54,718 nucleotides of DNA from Candidatus Latescibacterota bacterium (GTDB taxonomy: Bacteria > Latescibacterota > UBA2968 > GCA-2709665): NCBI GenBank assembly GCA_963662665.2, contig CAXXJS010000007.1, positions 1 to 54,718 of the forward strand, read 5' to 3'. Under the pieces are notes generated by a model, which was not told the DNA's origin, did not search any database, and saw only the letters and a list, made by a program, of their open reading frames with translations. The first letter of the stretch is position 1; every line of letters starts with the position of its first letter. Positions 29,501 to 38,131 of the stretch are shown in pieces. The translations under genes were made by a program, and so were the position numbers.

Positions 29501-31241
29501 ATTCGGTGGGGATTTCGAAATCTGGCCGCCGTTCGCAATAACTGTTCTGGGTGGGTTGTCTGTTTCCATGGTGTCCACTTTGATCCTGATTCCGGTCGTG
29601 TACATGGGACTGGACCAGATCGGCGATTGGCTGGCCGACCTGGGCTTTATCGGCCTCGTGTTCTCGCTGCTTTCTACCGCAGCGGCCGGCTATGGCGTAT
29701 ATATCCGATATGAAAGCGTTTTCTGGGCCGCGTTGTCGATATTTCCCATATGGGCCGCGTTCCTGACGGCGGTGTGGATCGTACTGAAAATCCATCGCGC
29801 CCGGGTCGCCTCGCGCCGCGCCGCGAGCGCCGTCCATTCGATTCAACTTAGAAACCTGACTAAAATTTACGGCGCGCCCGGGCGTTTTGGCAGGGAGTGG
29901 GCGCGCTATGAACGTCGGAAGGGGCGGTTGGGAACAACGGAACCTGATTCGCAGGACCTCAAACGGATTCGCGATGCGCTCTTGTGGAAGCTGCCGTTGC
30001 TCGCACTGTTGTTGTATTTCGCGACGTATTTCGAGGACGAAATCTGGATTTATCTGCACGGGTTGGCGCTGGTATTCATGCTTGGCCACGTGGGTTGCTG
30101 TATCGGCGCGCTCTTGCGGGAACATCTGTTGCCGGCGGTAGAACGTATTGGTGATATTCTGTATAGAGTCGCTTTGCCGGTGGGATTCGTGGCTTACATG
30201 CATTTGCGGCTGAATCTGCTTTCCGTTACCATTGCCACGTTAGGCTTGTGGGCCGCCTACCGACTTGTACGATGGCTTTCCGGCAGGGTGCGGGCGGGCG
30301 TGGTCACTCCCGATGAGCTAACCGGACGATTCGTGCGGGCCCGTAGATGGCTCTATTGGACGGCATCGGCCATACCCATCGTTGGCGTTCCCCGGCCTGA
30401 ATTTCGGGCGCTGGCGGGCGTCAACCTCGAAATCGGCAGGGGAATGTTCGGTCTTTTGGGCCCGAACGGCGCGGGAAAGACCACGTTGATGCGCATTCTG
30501 TGCCGGGTCCTCGAGCCCAGTTACGGGTCGATTCTTATCGACGGTCGAAACATCCTTCGAAACGGCTCAATTCATGGCCTGGTCGGATATCTTCCTCAGC
30601 ACTTTGGCAACTACCCACATCTTTCGGCGTACGAGTTTCTGGAATACCGGGCGCTGCTCGAAGGCTTCAAGGACCGCAAGACCCGCGAGTCAAGGGTTAT
30701 CGAATCCCTGGAAAAGGTGAATCTCATCGAACGCATGGACGATCCCATCGGGTCGTTCTCAGGGGGAATGAAGCAGCGTCTCGGGATCGCGCAGACCCTG
30801 TTGCACACCCCGCTGATCGTGGTTGTTGACGAGCCCACGGCAGGGCTCGATCCGCTGGAACGTATCCGGTTTCGTAACTTGCTCGCCCGGTTGAGCCAGG
30901 ACAGGATCGTCATCTTCTCCACGCACATCGTGGAAGATATCTCCGGAAGCTGCAATCGACTGGCGGTACTTGATCAGGGGCGTCTTCTGTATACCGGAAC
31001 GCCGGGGGAGATGAGAAATCAGGCGGAAGGACGGGTATGGGATGCGGTGGTTTCGGAACAGCGCTTTACCGAGTTGGAAGAAAAACTGAAGGTCGTATCG
31101 CACCAGCGGACGCCGGACGGGGTCAGAATGCGATTCCTGTCTGAACGCCGGCCGATAGGGTTTGGCGCACGGAGTACGGAACCAACCCTGGAAGACGCGT
31201 ACCTGTACCTCCTTGGCGGAGGAAAGGAAGAGCCATGCTGA
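26529..31241 (+). CDS. RND permease fused to extra transmembrane helices and a C-terminal ABC ATPase (1570 aa)
   Basis: Complete RND (GMLADNGIVV, GIAVNNGIILID, RVRPILMT) continues in one frame to GPNGAGKTT, FSGGM, VVDEPT, STH; GTGA overlap with the upstream stop. Confidence 0.92.
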   Translation: MILPDLAVRRPVTTSMFFAAFAILGVVSWTRLPVQLFPELIFPEVFVTLSLQGASPEQVERDLVIPAEGAIGKLDGIQEMESFAMANRGGIRVAYAPDVDMKFALLQLQSNLNRLQPTLPERTQTDVRRFDSTDLSSSIMELHVLADWDLNQLREFTEEKIRPELESVDGVVNVLVMGGRRSAVEIVLDPVLLEAHGLSTGAVRARLNNYNRRREYLGRVYDGNRACSVSIHGQFTDLLQIRNLVLNADGTLRLGDVSRVGYGLQEQADRHRVNGKPSVGVRIQKDDEANLIEVAAAVEAAIAQLNRTFKSDGVELGVSSSQADLMTGALSTLKQAAIIGAVLGLVVLFLFLRNLRFVSVLLLAIPVSLLMTFNLMYLGGLSVNVLSLCGLALAMGMLADNGIVVMESIFKHYERGKSPARAARDGAAEVGRAVVAATATTVTAFLPVLFIESDAQDLLRELALSMAFPLMASLLVALTLVPALAVRALNRDVRKPPDVRGLLEQYTLLLKTALRHRASVALSVGGVLALTLVVAFFFLLQQQVRREETRFTVYVNLPEGATLDATDEVAKQVEETVRDVPGLDRFTTSVQEAEASVTVLLRKRSDRPGDISLDEIKEQLDEKLQNVQGGVVGYEPRPRAGRGGRGQGIGQRRRRSSGGFDLTGATPNEQAVVRGYDFTILTMVANDAVYRLEELEEVDANSVRADAERSSPEVQVIPDAASLFDRRLGAQEVLAAVGDTRWDGFRTTVPFLLPDATEVPIEVRTIEEEDRERYGLAELKRSRILNQDGQYVSLDEVARVRTDEGRSSLLRTDQARRIVVSYRFPSEILDSQPRLDTARRVVRTTLQDMVLPEGYSIEIIEAHEETIYYWMIGIAAVLIYMILASLFESFASPIIILCTLPPAAIGSCWALMMSGTGLSQQEGPMALLGFVVLLGIAVNNGIILIDAVGVLRSRFGFRRERAVLTAARSRVRPILMTTATTLLGVLPLALEFGGDFEIWPPFAITVLGGLSVSMVSTLILIPVVYMGLDQIGDWLADLGFIGLVFSLLSTAAAGYGVYIRYESVFWAALSIFPIWAAFLTAVWIVLKIHRARVASRRAASAVHSIQLRNLTKIYGAPGRFGREWARYERRKGRLGTTEPDSQDLKRIRDALLWKLPLLALLLYFATYFEDEIWIYLHGLALVFMLGHVGCCIGALLREHLLPAVERIGDILYRVALPVGFVAYMHLRLNLLSVTIATLGLWAAYRLVRWLSGRVRAGVVTPDELTGRFVRARRWLYWTASAIPIVGVPRPEFRALAGVNLEIGRGMFGLLGPNGAGKTTLMRILCRVLEPSYGSILIDGRNILRNGSIHGLVGYLPQHFGNYPHLSAYEFLEYRALLEGFKDRKTRESRVIESLEKVNLIERMDDPIGSFSGGMKQRLGIAQTLLHTPLIVVVDEPTAGLDPLERIRFRNLLARLSQDRIVIFSTHIVEDISGSCNRLAVLDQGRLLYTGTPGEMRNQAEGRVWDAVVSEQRFTELEEKLKVVSHQRTPDGVRMRFLSERRPIGFGARSTEPTLEDAYLYLLGGGKEEPC

Positions 31242-31957
31242 ACTGGCGGGAACTGCTGCTTACCACGTGGCGGCTCTTTCGGCTGAGCTGCAGGATCATA
31301 TTTCACAGGAAATTGATGTTCATGGCCATTGGCGTCCTCGTCTATTACGGAGCCATGTATGCATTTGCAGTCTGGCGCCCAAACGAAGGATTCGGCGTAT
31401 CGCGCGCCCTCAATGTTCTGGTTGAAATTCCCGGTATCGCACTGGCTGTTTATCTGACGATGGATCTGGTTGCGGGCGAACGAGACAGAAATACACTGGA
31501 GACGTTATTCAGTACAACCTCATCCCACTATAAGATATGGGCGATCCGGATGGTGGGGGTCTATGTGGTGTTGGCGGGAACCCTGATGGGAATGACGATT
31601 GTGGCCTATTTTGTTTTCGCGGAATTGCCGGTTTTCCGGGGCGCGTTGAACGCCTTTCTGCCCGCGTGTTTTGCCGCTGGGCTGACATTCTACTTTTCCG
31701 TTCTCTGCCGAAGCGGAAATGCGGCAGCGATGCTCGCTACGGGAGTAATGGGCCTGACGCTGGTCGTGTCGGAATCCATGCCCGATTCACCCTTCGTGCT
31801 CTTTCTGAGTACGTTCGACCCCCCGGTGGGCATGGAAGACACCCTGTGGGGCGACCAGGTGCTGCTCAATCGCGTGGCTGTACTGATGTTATCGGGCCTG
31901 CTGCTTTTTATGGGACTTCGCAAGATGGAAGCCCGGGAGCGATTGGTTTCTTCGTAG
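31235..31957 (+). CDS. ABC-2 type permease
   Basis: Six hydrophobic segments with GERDRNTLETLF loop motif; overlaps the upstream stop, AGGAAG RBS. Confidence 0.85.
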   Translation: MLNWRELLLTTWRLFRLSCRIIFHRKLMFMAIGVLVYYGAMYAFAVWRPNEGFGVSRALNVLVEIPGIALAVYLTMDLVAGERDRNTLETLFSTTSSHYKIWAIRMVGVYVVLAGTLMGMTIVAYFVFAELPVFRGALNAFLPACFAAGLTFYFSVLCRSGNAAAMLATGVMGLTLVVSESMPDSPFVLFLSTFDPPVGMEDTLWGDQVLLNRVAVLMLSGLLLFMGLRKMEARERLVSS

Positions 31958-32145
31958 CGGCGCCTGCGTGAGATCCCATGCAGGATGAACACTTTGCGTA
32001 ACGCATGGCTCCGAATTCCGCGTGTGGCCGGCGTCGCGGCATTGTCACTCAGAAGTCATGGGTTTCGTCCACGGTGCGCTCCGCACCAGGTTGGTCGCCT
32101 CGTCAAACCGAGATTGCGGGATTCCGGCCAGCATCCCCGCCTGGA

Positions 32146-33288
32146 TTATTCCTTTCGAACATCCAGCCGGACCTTTCGAGGTTCTACGTTTACAACCGTC
32201 AGTTCCGTCCCGTGTATTATCGACTCGACGTCAACCACAAAGGTTCTTCGTCCGAACCTGACGTAGGCCGCATCGATCGCGAGTCGAAAGTCGTCCACTG
32301 GCGCCAGCAGAAAGGCTCGTCGCGGTCCCTTCAAGGTAACGTTTACAACCCCCGGTCTGACACCCTCCAGTGTATAGCCACCCGGTAGATTCTCCACTCC
32401 GACTTCCACCTTGTACGTCGTTTCATGGACCGCCGCGCCCGGCACGAAAAATACCCAGGCGCTGAACGCCAGCGCGAAGGAAAGCAGCCCTTCACCGATA
32501 TGCCTCGCCAGCGAACCACGACCGGTCCTGCGCGCGCTGGCTATCACGTGCTGCGCATGTTCCTGCAACCGGGCCAGCAGTTCGTCCGGATCGTCTATAA
32601 CCTCCAGTCGGCCCTGCCGCGCGACGGCGATGGTGCCGCGCTCCTCCGAGACCACGAGGCAGAGCGCGTCGCTGCGCTCCGCCAGCCCCAGCGCCGCGGC
32701 GTGGCGTGTGCCGCCCGGCCCGAGTTCCTCCCGGTTTTCCGAAAGCGGCAGGTATACGGCGAAACGCTCCAGCCTGTCTTCCCGCATTACCAGAGCCCCG
32801 TCGTGGCCGGCGGACGTCGTGCCGAACAGGCTGTCGATGAGTTCCTCGCTGATGGTCGCTTGCAATACAATTCCGCCTTGTAGAAGCCGGTCCAGCGGCT
32901 CGCGTCCGGGCAGAACCACCAGGGCGCCCTGCCGTTTTGCCGCGAGCTGATGCATCGCCCGGACCAGCACCGCCAGACTCCCGCCGTGTGGGCGCGATAC
33001 CCTTCTTCCCAGGCCGAGCGCGGCAATCCGCTCAAAGAGGCGTCGGAGGTCGTCCTGAAAGACAACCACAAGCAGCACAACGAGGACCGCAAAGAACCCC
33101 TGGAATATCCACGCCGTCAGTTGAAGTTCGAATTGCCGCGCCAGCAGATAGAAGGCGCACAGAAAGGCCAGCCCGACGAGCGCCATCCGCGCGTGCATCT
33201 TCCGGGTCCAGGCCAACAGGCCCCAGAACAGAACGCCCACGACCGCTATATCTACAAAATCGGTAAATGCGATCTCGAGAAGCGTCAT
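32146..33288 (-). CDS. Diadenylate cyclase CdaA fused to a YbbR/CdaR-like domain
   Basis: Three N-terminal TM helices, VVFQDDLRR, HDGA, GTRHAAALG, VVSEE; then a further TM helix and a YbbR-like V..TLKGP...V.V.PRKVRL region. Confidence 0.85.
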   Translation of the reverse strand: MTLLEIAFTDFVDIAVVGVLFWGLLAWTRKMHARMALVGLAFLCAFYLLARQFELQLTAWIFQGFFAVLVVLLVVVFQDDLRRLFERIAALGLGRRVSRPHGGSLAVLVRAMHQLAAKRQGALVVLPGREPLDRLLQGGIVLQATISEELIDSLFGTTSAGHDGALVMREDRLERFAVYLPLSENREELGPGGTRHAAALGLAERSDALCLVVSEERGTIAVARQGRLEVIDDPDELLARLQEHAQHVIASARRTGRGSLARHIGEGLLSFALAFSAWVFFVPGAAVHETTYKVEVGVENLPGGYTLEGVRPGVVNVTLKGPRRAFLLAPVDDFRLAIDAAYVRFGRRTFVVDVESIIHGTELTVVNVEPRKVRLDVRKE

Positions 33289-33501
33289 TTCCGAAGGTTT
33301 TCCGGCTGCCGGATTGAGTTGCTGAAGGGCTTGAACGAGTCCAACGATGAGGATAGACCCGTCAGCCCGGAATATGGGAAATCTTTGACATTTCGTCAAG
33401 TGCGCACCGGATCAACCCTGCCGGGCCGGCGAACGTGGATTGGCGTCCGGCACAGCCGGATCAAAGGGGCTTGAGTGCGGTTCCCCGGATCTCGTCTTTC
33501 G

Positions 33502-33533
33502 TTTGGCCGGCCTTGGTAAAATGCCTATATTTG
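33502..33533 (+). promoter_or_regulatory. Candidate promoter for the TPR gene
   Basis: TTGGCC, 17-nt spacer, TATATT; the same bases also fit TTTG-N20-TAnnTTTG. Confidence 0.3.
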
Positions 33534-33604
33534 GTATCATTCCAGGGACAGCCGTAAACGGACATCTGTTAATCTGACGCTATTTGTGAACGGAGGAGAG
33601 CGAT

Positions 33605-34285
33605 ATGCAGGGTACGCGGGGACGATTGACCAGGCGGGAACTCAGACACGACGAGTTCGTTAACAGGATTCTGGCTGCATGGGCATACGTCGAGGAGAAC
33701 TACATCCGGATGCTTGTTGCTGTTGCCGGGGTGGTGATCCTTATCCTTCTTGGCGTCTACGTAATGCACAGGATGGACGTCCAGGCAAGAGAGGCGGTGG
33801 AGGCGGAGGGGCGGGTCCGGGTGTTGTTGCTCCAGGGGCAGGTTGACGATGCCATACTGGAAGCGGAACGAATTGCCGATGCCTATGGTGGGGAGGCAGC
33901 GGCGGGCAGGGCGCTCCAGCTGGCGGGGGGCCTCTATTTCGAAACCGGGCGCTACGCCGAGGCACAGGCTGCGTTCGAAAAATACCTGCAGGAGTTCGAT
34001 GCAATGGGCCCTACCGGGTACAGCGCCTGGTCCGGTGTGGCCGCGGCGATGGAAGAACAGGGCAATCCTGCAGGTGCGGCAGCCAGATACCAGGCGTTCG
34101 CCGACGAGTTCGAAGACTCGCCGTTCGCGCCCAATGCGCTCAAGGAGGCAGCCCGCTGTTACAGAGTTTCGGGAGATTCCGATCAGGCAAGGATCCTGCT
34201 GCAGCGGATACTGGACAGGTATTCCAGGAGCCCGGCTGTGCGGGGCGCGCAGGAACAACTCGGTCAGATGGGCGGCACCGGATGA
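33605..34285 (+). CDS. YfgM-like membrane-anchored tetratricopeptide repeat protein
   Basis: RLTRRELRHDEF N-terminus, single TM helix, TPR repeats; GGAGAG RBS. Confidence 0.8.
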   Translation: MQGTRGRLTRRELRHDEFVNRILAAWAYVEENYIRMLVAVAGVVILILLGVYVMHRMDVQAREAVEAEGRVRVLLLQGQVDDAILEAERIADAYGGEAAAGRALQLAGGLYFETGRYAEAQAAFEKYLQEFDAMGPTGYSAWSGVAAAMEEQGNPAGAAARYQAFADEFEDSPFAPNALKEAARCYRVSGDSDQARILLQRILDRYSRSPAVRGAQEQLGQMGGTG

Positions 34286-37200
34286 ACGATGCGAATTTCA
34301 TTATGCGTCGTACCCGCAGATTTCTCCCCACGAATCTGAACGACGATTTTCTGCTGGTGGTACCGGACAACATGTTAAAGCATCCTACCGTTGTCCGCGT
34401 CCGTGAAGCGGCGGGGGATGCCGGACAACTGCCTGAAACGATTCCACAGAGGGATTTTCGGCAGGCGATGTTCAGGGAAAAACACGTTCTTGCCTGCGGA
34501 AATCTGACCAATAACCGGGCGATTCGACGTTTATATACCGCCCGGTGTTGTTTTTCGGATACCTTTTTCCCGGGCGCGAACGGTTACCTTGTCAAGTCGA
34601 TTTCGGATCCGTTCGGGTACGGCCGCAACTGCATTGTCGCAGGCGCGAGCACACAGGATGGGCTGGAAACGGCCCTGGGCGTCGTCCGAGACATCGTCAC
34701 TGCGGGTAGCGGGATCCCGGATCGCGTTCACGCCTCGTCGTTCGACCACAACCTGCCGCAGTTTCCGGATGCCTCCGAGTTGGACGGGATGGTTCGGGGC
34801 GACCTGGAGATCTGGGGAACGGGCTGGTCTGCTTCGCCCTTCCGGGGCGGCAATCTGCTGTCCTATCTCTGGTACTATTACCTGACTGATCATCCGGTCT
34901 GGGCCCGCGCGGCGGTGGATATCCTGAAGGGATCGGTAGAACCATGGCGCGCGGAGTGCCGTGCGCACCCAGAAGCATACCACTGTTTTTTCAACCTGCA
35001 CCTCCACGTCCATCTGTGGGACCTGGTGGAGGACAGCCCGCTGTTTTCCCCTGAAGACCGCCTGGGGGCGGTCACCATGTTCGGCGAGTTGCTGAGACAT
35101 CTCATGGAACTCTCCTACGTCTCTGAGGAAGTGAATCCGCCCGGTGAAATCCGGCAGAATCACACGACCTTTATCGGGTTGAACCTGGCCGTGGGCGCCG
35201 ATTATATGATCAGGCGGTATGGTATCGGCGAATTTCAGCGGGCGAACGATATCGCAAAGCGCATATTCGAAGGTCAGATGAATTGTTATAAGCCCGATGA
35301 CGATGGGGGAGTGGGGTATGTCTGGCATGTCCCTCAGGAAACCCTCAACTATTTTCTATATCGCGGGGACGACCGATATATTACCGGTGGCCACGTGTCG
35401 GATCTATGCAAATTGGCTGTGGTGACAACAGACAATATGCGCAGCGAATGCGGTTACGGGGATACCACCGGATATTCTCAATTTTCCGCAAACGGATGGG
35501 AAGCACGCCTCTGGCCGCTTATGGTCTCCACCTGGTACAATCCGAACCCCGAACACCTCTGGACGTTGAACTGGCTTGGAGAGGGGAAACGGCCTCCGCT
35601 GGACCGGGCGCTGCACGGTGTCTATTCGGCAGTAGATTACGTGCGTGACGGCTTCGCCATTGAAGGGTGCGCGCCGGAAGCGCCTCGCGACCTTCTGGGA
35701 ATCTGCGCGATGGAACTGCCCGATGCCGTGTTGTCCTGGGTGCGTCGATATACGCCTCCGGCGCATCATCCGGATTCCGGCAGACGGTATTTCGACAAGT
35801 TGTCCCTGCGCCGCAATTTCGAGCCGGGCGGCGAGTACCTGTTGCTGGAAGGCATCGGCACGACATGCCATGGACACGAGGACACCAACGCGATCATCCG
35901 GCTGACCTGGAACAACAGGGCTTGGCTGGCGGACGGGGATTATATCCGGGCGGCGCCCAGGTTTCACAATTCAGTCACGGTAATGCGCGACGGCGTCGGC
36001 GTTCTCGAGTCGCCTGGAGACGGCGTGGTCATCCCCCCGCTGGCAACCCTGGATGACAGTAACGACGGGGCGGAACTCGCAATGGTCCGTACCGAGGCCG
36101 CCGGCTACAATGGGGTGGATTGGCAACGGGATCTTTTCTGGCGCAAAGGGCGATTCATGGTGGTTATGGACCGGCTGCGCTGTTATGAAGCCGGCGACTA
36201 CCACATGCAATGTCTATGGCGAATGGTGGGGGACCCTGAACTCAAACCGGACGGGGTTCACATCCGGCAGGATGGAGAGCTTTTTTGTATTCACAATGCG
36301 GACGGTTCCGTGCAGGAGATCGTTCCTGACAGTCACGTCAAGAGCCGTTGGGGAAGCTATCCACATTCGGACGGTACGATCTCGGTGCTGCATCAGCGGA
36401 CGGGATGCGGGCTCGATGCCGGAACGTCGTTTACCTTCATGAATCTGCTCACTCCCGACCCACAGATTCGAATGGAGCGGGTCGGCCCTGAAGCTATCAA
36501 GGTAACGGACGGAGACGAAGTCACGTTGTTGGGCGCCGGAGACCTGAAACTGGATGGAATCCGGATTTCGGGGCGCATGTTCGCGTGCCTGGCCCGGGAC
36601 GATCGGGTGATCTTAAGTGGCGTTGAACGGGTGGCCGGACGAGAGACAGAAAGGTCCGAACACGGTGTGGACTGCCACGAGCTTGCAGTGGGGATCCGGT
36701 CCGTGATGGAAGCCCCGTCGGCGGCGTCAACGCCATATCCCCGGCCGGTTGCGGGTCGACTGACACAACGATGGCGCCGGGAGTTTCCTGCCGACATTCG
36801 GGATGTCTCCGTCTCAGACGAAGGCAGATTGCTTCTTGCTTATAGCGGGGAGGTCTCGTGCCTGTCCGAAGCGACCGGAGAGACGGCCTGGTCCCTGCAA
36901 ATTGACGCTGAAGGCGGCGCCGGCCGTGTGCTTGCATCGGATATCGACGGTGACGGGATTCCGGAGGCAATGGTGGGTACCGAGGACTCGCAACTGATCG
37001 TGCTCGATGGAGACTCGGGTATCGAACGGTGGCGGCGCGGGTTGCGGAATATGTCGAGTCGCGGCGCACGGGTTTCCGGCATCGCGGTCGCCGATCTGGA
37101 GGGAAACGGCGAACTGAGCGTGCTTGCCGGTACTGAAGGATGGTTTGTGAACGCGTTTGCGAACGATGGCAGCCCCAAGTGGGCCGAGTGGTTTCGATAT

Positions 37201-37833
37201 CACGCCATAACGGCGTTGAAAGTGGCCGACGCGGACGGAGACGGAAAGGCCGAGGTTCTGGTCGGTACGGAATATTACACGCCGCTTACGGTACACAATT
37301 TCGACGGGTCGTTTCGCTGGTCCACGTTCGAGCAGGTCGGGTCGCACGGCAATGCAACAACGCCCAGGCGCGGCATTTGCATGAAACATATGGTTCTGTG
37401 TGATCTGGATGGCGACGGTATCCTGGAAATCGTCTACGGTACGGAAGACGGCTGGATCTACGCCGTAGAGCCCCAGGACGGCGCTGAATTATGGCATATC
37501 AATCTTGTGGGGGAAATTACGGGGCTTGTCGTTCTGGGGGATGTACTGATTGCGGCGTGTGAATTCGGCGCGCTCTACGGGTTCGATTTTGACGGCAGAA
37601 TTGTGTGGCGCTGTCACGAAGCGCACTGGATCCACGCGCTCGCCGAATCCCGCGGCGTGATCGCCGCCGCGGTCAACCGCCGGGAAATCCGGACGTACGA
37701 CATCGAGGGACGCTGTCAGGGCTTTCTGGAAATGCCCGTGAACGTCACGTCACTCGTCGCGGGGAAAAGCGGATTCGTTTGTGGCACTGGGCGGGTGATC
37801 GCCTTGCTCGATCCTTCGTCCGGTGCTTCGTGA
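34282..37833 (+). CDS. Large heparinase II/III-like protein with a C-terminal FG-GAP/PQQ-like beta-propeller
   Basis: Helical region with QNH; HGHEDTNAI..., HNSVTV, WQR.LF, VMDRL; repeated DIDGDG/DLEGNG/DADGDG/DLDGDG and G..RW motifs; ATGA overlap with the TPR gene. Confidence 0.65.
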   Translation: MNDANFIMRRTRRFLPTNLNDDFLLVVPDNMLKHPTVVRVREAAGDAGQLPETIPQRDFRQAMFREKHVLACGNLTNNRAIRRLYTARCCFSDTFFPGANGYLVKSISDPFGYGRNCIVAGASTQDGLETALGVVRDIVTAGSGIPDRVHASSFDHNLPQFPDASELDGMVRGDLEIWGTGWSASPFRGGNLLSYLWYYYLTDHPVWARAAVDILKGSVEPWRAECRAHPEAYHCFFNLHLHVHLWDLVEDSPLFSPEDRLGAVTMFGELLRHLMELSYVSEEVNPPGEIRQNHTTFIGLNLAVGADYMIRRYGIGEFQRANDIAKRIFEGQMNCYKPDDDGGVGYVWHVPQETLNYFLYRGDDRYITGGHVSDLCKLAVVTTDNMRSECGYGDTTGYSQFSANGWEARLWPLMVSTWYNPNPEHLWTLNWLGEGKRPPLDRALHGVYSAVDYVRDGFAIEGCAPEAPRDLLGICAMELPDAVLSWVRRYTPPAHHPDSGRRYFDKLSLRRNFEPGGEYLLLEGIGTTCHGHEDTNAIIRLTWNNRAWLADGDYIRAAPRFHNSVTVMRDGVGVLESPGDGVVIPPLATLDDSNDGAELAMVRTEAAGYNGVDWQRDLFWRKGRFMVVMDRLRCYEAGDYHMQCLWRMVGDPELKPDGVHIRQDGELFCIHNADGSVQEIVPDSHVKSRWGSYPHSDGTISVLHQRTGCGLDAGTSFTFMNLLTPDPQIRMERVGPEAIKVTDGDEVTLLGAGDLKLDGIRISGRMFACLARDDRVILSGVERVAGRETERSEHGVDCHELAVGIRSVMEAPSAASTPYPRPVAGRLTQRWRREFPADIRDVSVSDEGRLLLAYSGEVSCLSEATGETAWSLQIDAEGGAGRVLASDIDGDGIPEAMVGTEDSQLIVLDGDSGIERWRRGLRNMSSRGARVSGIAVADLEGNGELSVLAGTEGWFVNAFANDGSPKWAEWFRYHAITALKVADADGDGKAEVLVGTEYYTPLTVHNFDGSFRWSTFEQVGSHGNATTPRRGICMKHMVLCDLDGDGILEIVYGTEDGWIYAVEPQDGAELWHINLVGEITGLVVLGDVLIAACEFGALYGFDFDGRIVWRCHEAHWIHALAESRGVIAAAVNRREIRTYDIEGRCQGFLEMPVNVTSLVAGKSGFVCGTGRVIALLDPSSGAS

Positions 37834-38015
37834 TTGTGTCAAACGTGAAGCCGGAGCGCCAATAGCCATTCGAGCCGGAAACGTCGTGTGTTGCGTTTGG
37901 TGATTAGGGTGTAGGAAATTGGGAGTGTGGCTGGCTCTTGCCGGACTTTGTGAAATTTCGGAAAATGACGTGGTCAGGTGATATTCTTTTCAATATTGCG
38001 ACGTTGACCCAACAA

Positions 38016-38043
38016 AGCCGGTATAAAGTAAATCCTGAATAGT
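38016..38043 (+). repeat. Degenerate dif-like site (direct repeat of 41905-41932)
   Basis: AGCCGGTATAA-AGTAAA-TCCTGAATAGT; left arm 10/11 and right arm 6/11 identical to the dif candidate. Confidence 0.4.
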
Positions 38044-38131
38044 GTTTTTTTTAACGCATTCCGCTGCAAAAGGTTATTCCGGGCGACGCATCCATTGTTC
38101 CATACCTTCATCCAGGTTGATAGGTTTTATT

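Noticed and set aside
31958-32145. Possible ncRNA or terminator between convergent genes
   Set aside because: No convincing stem with a U-tract and no recognisable RNA family
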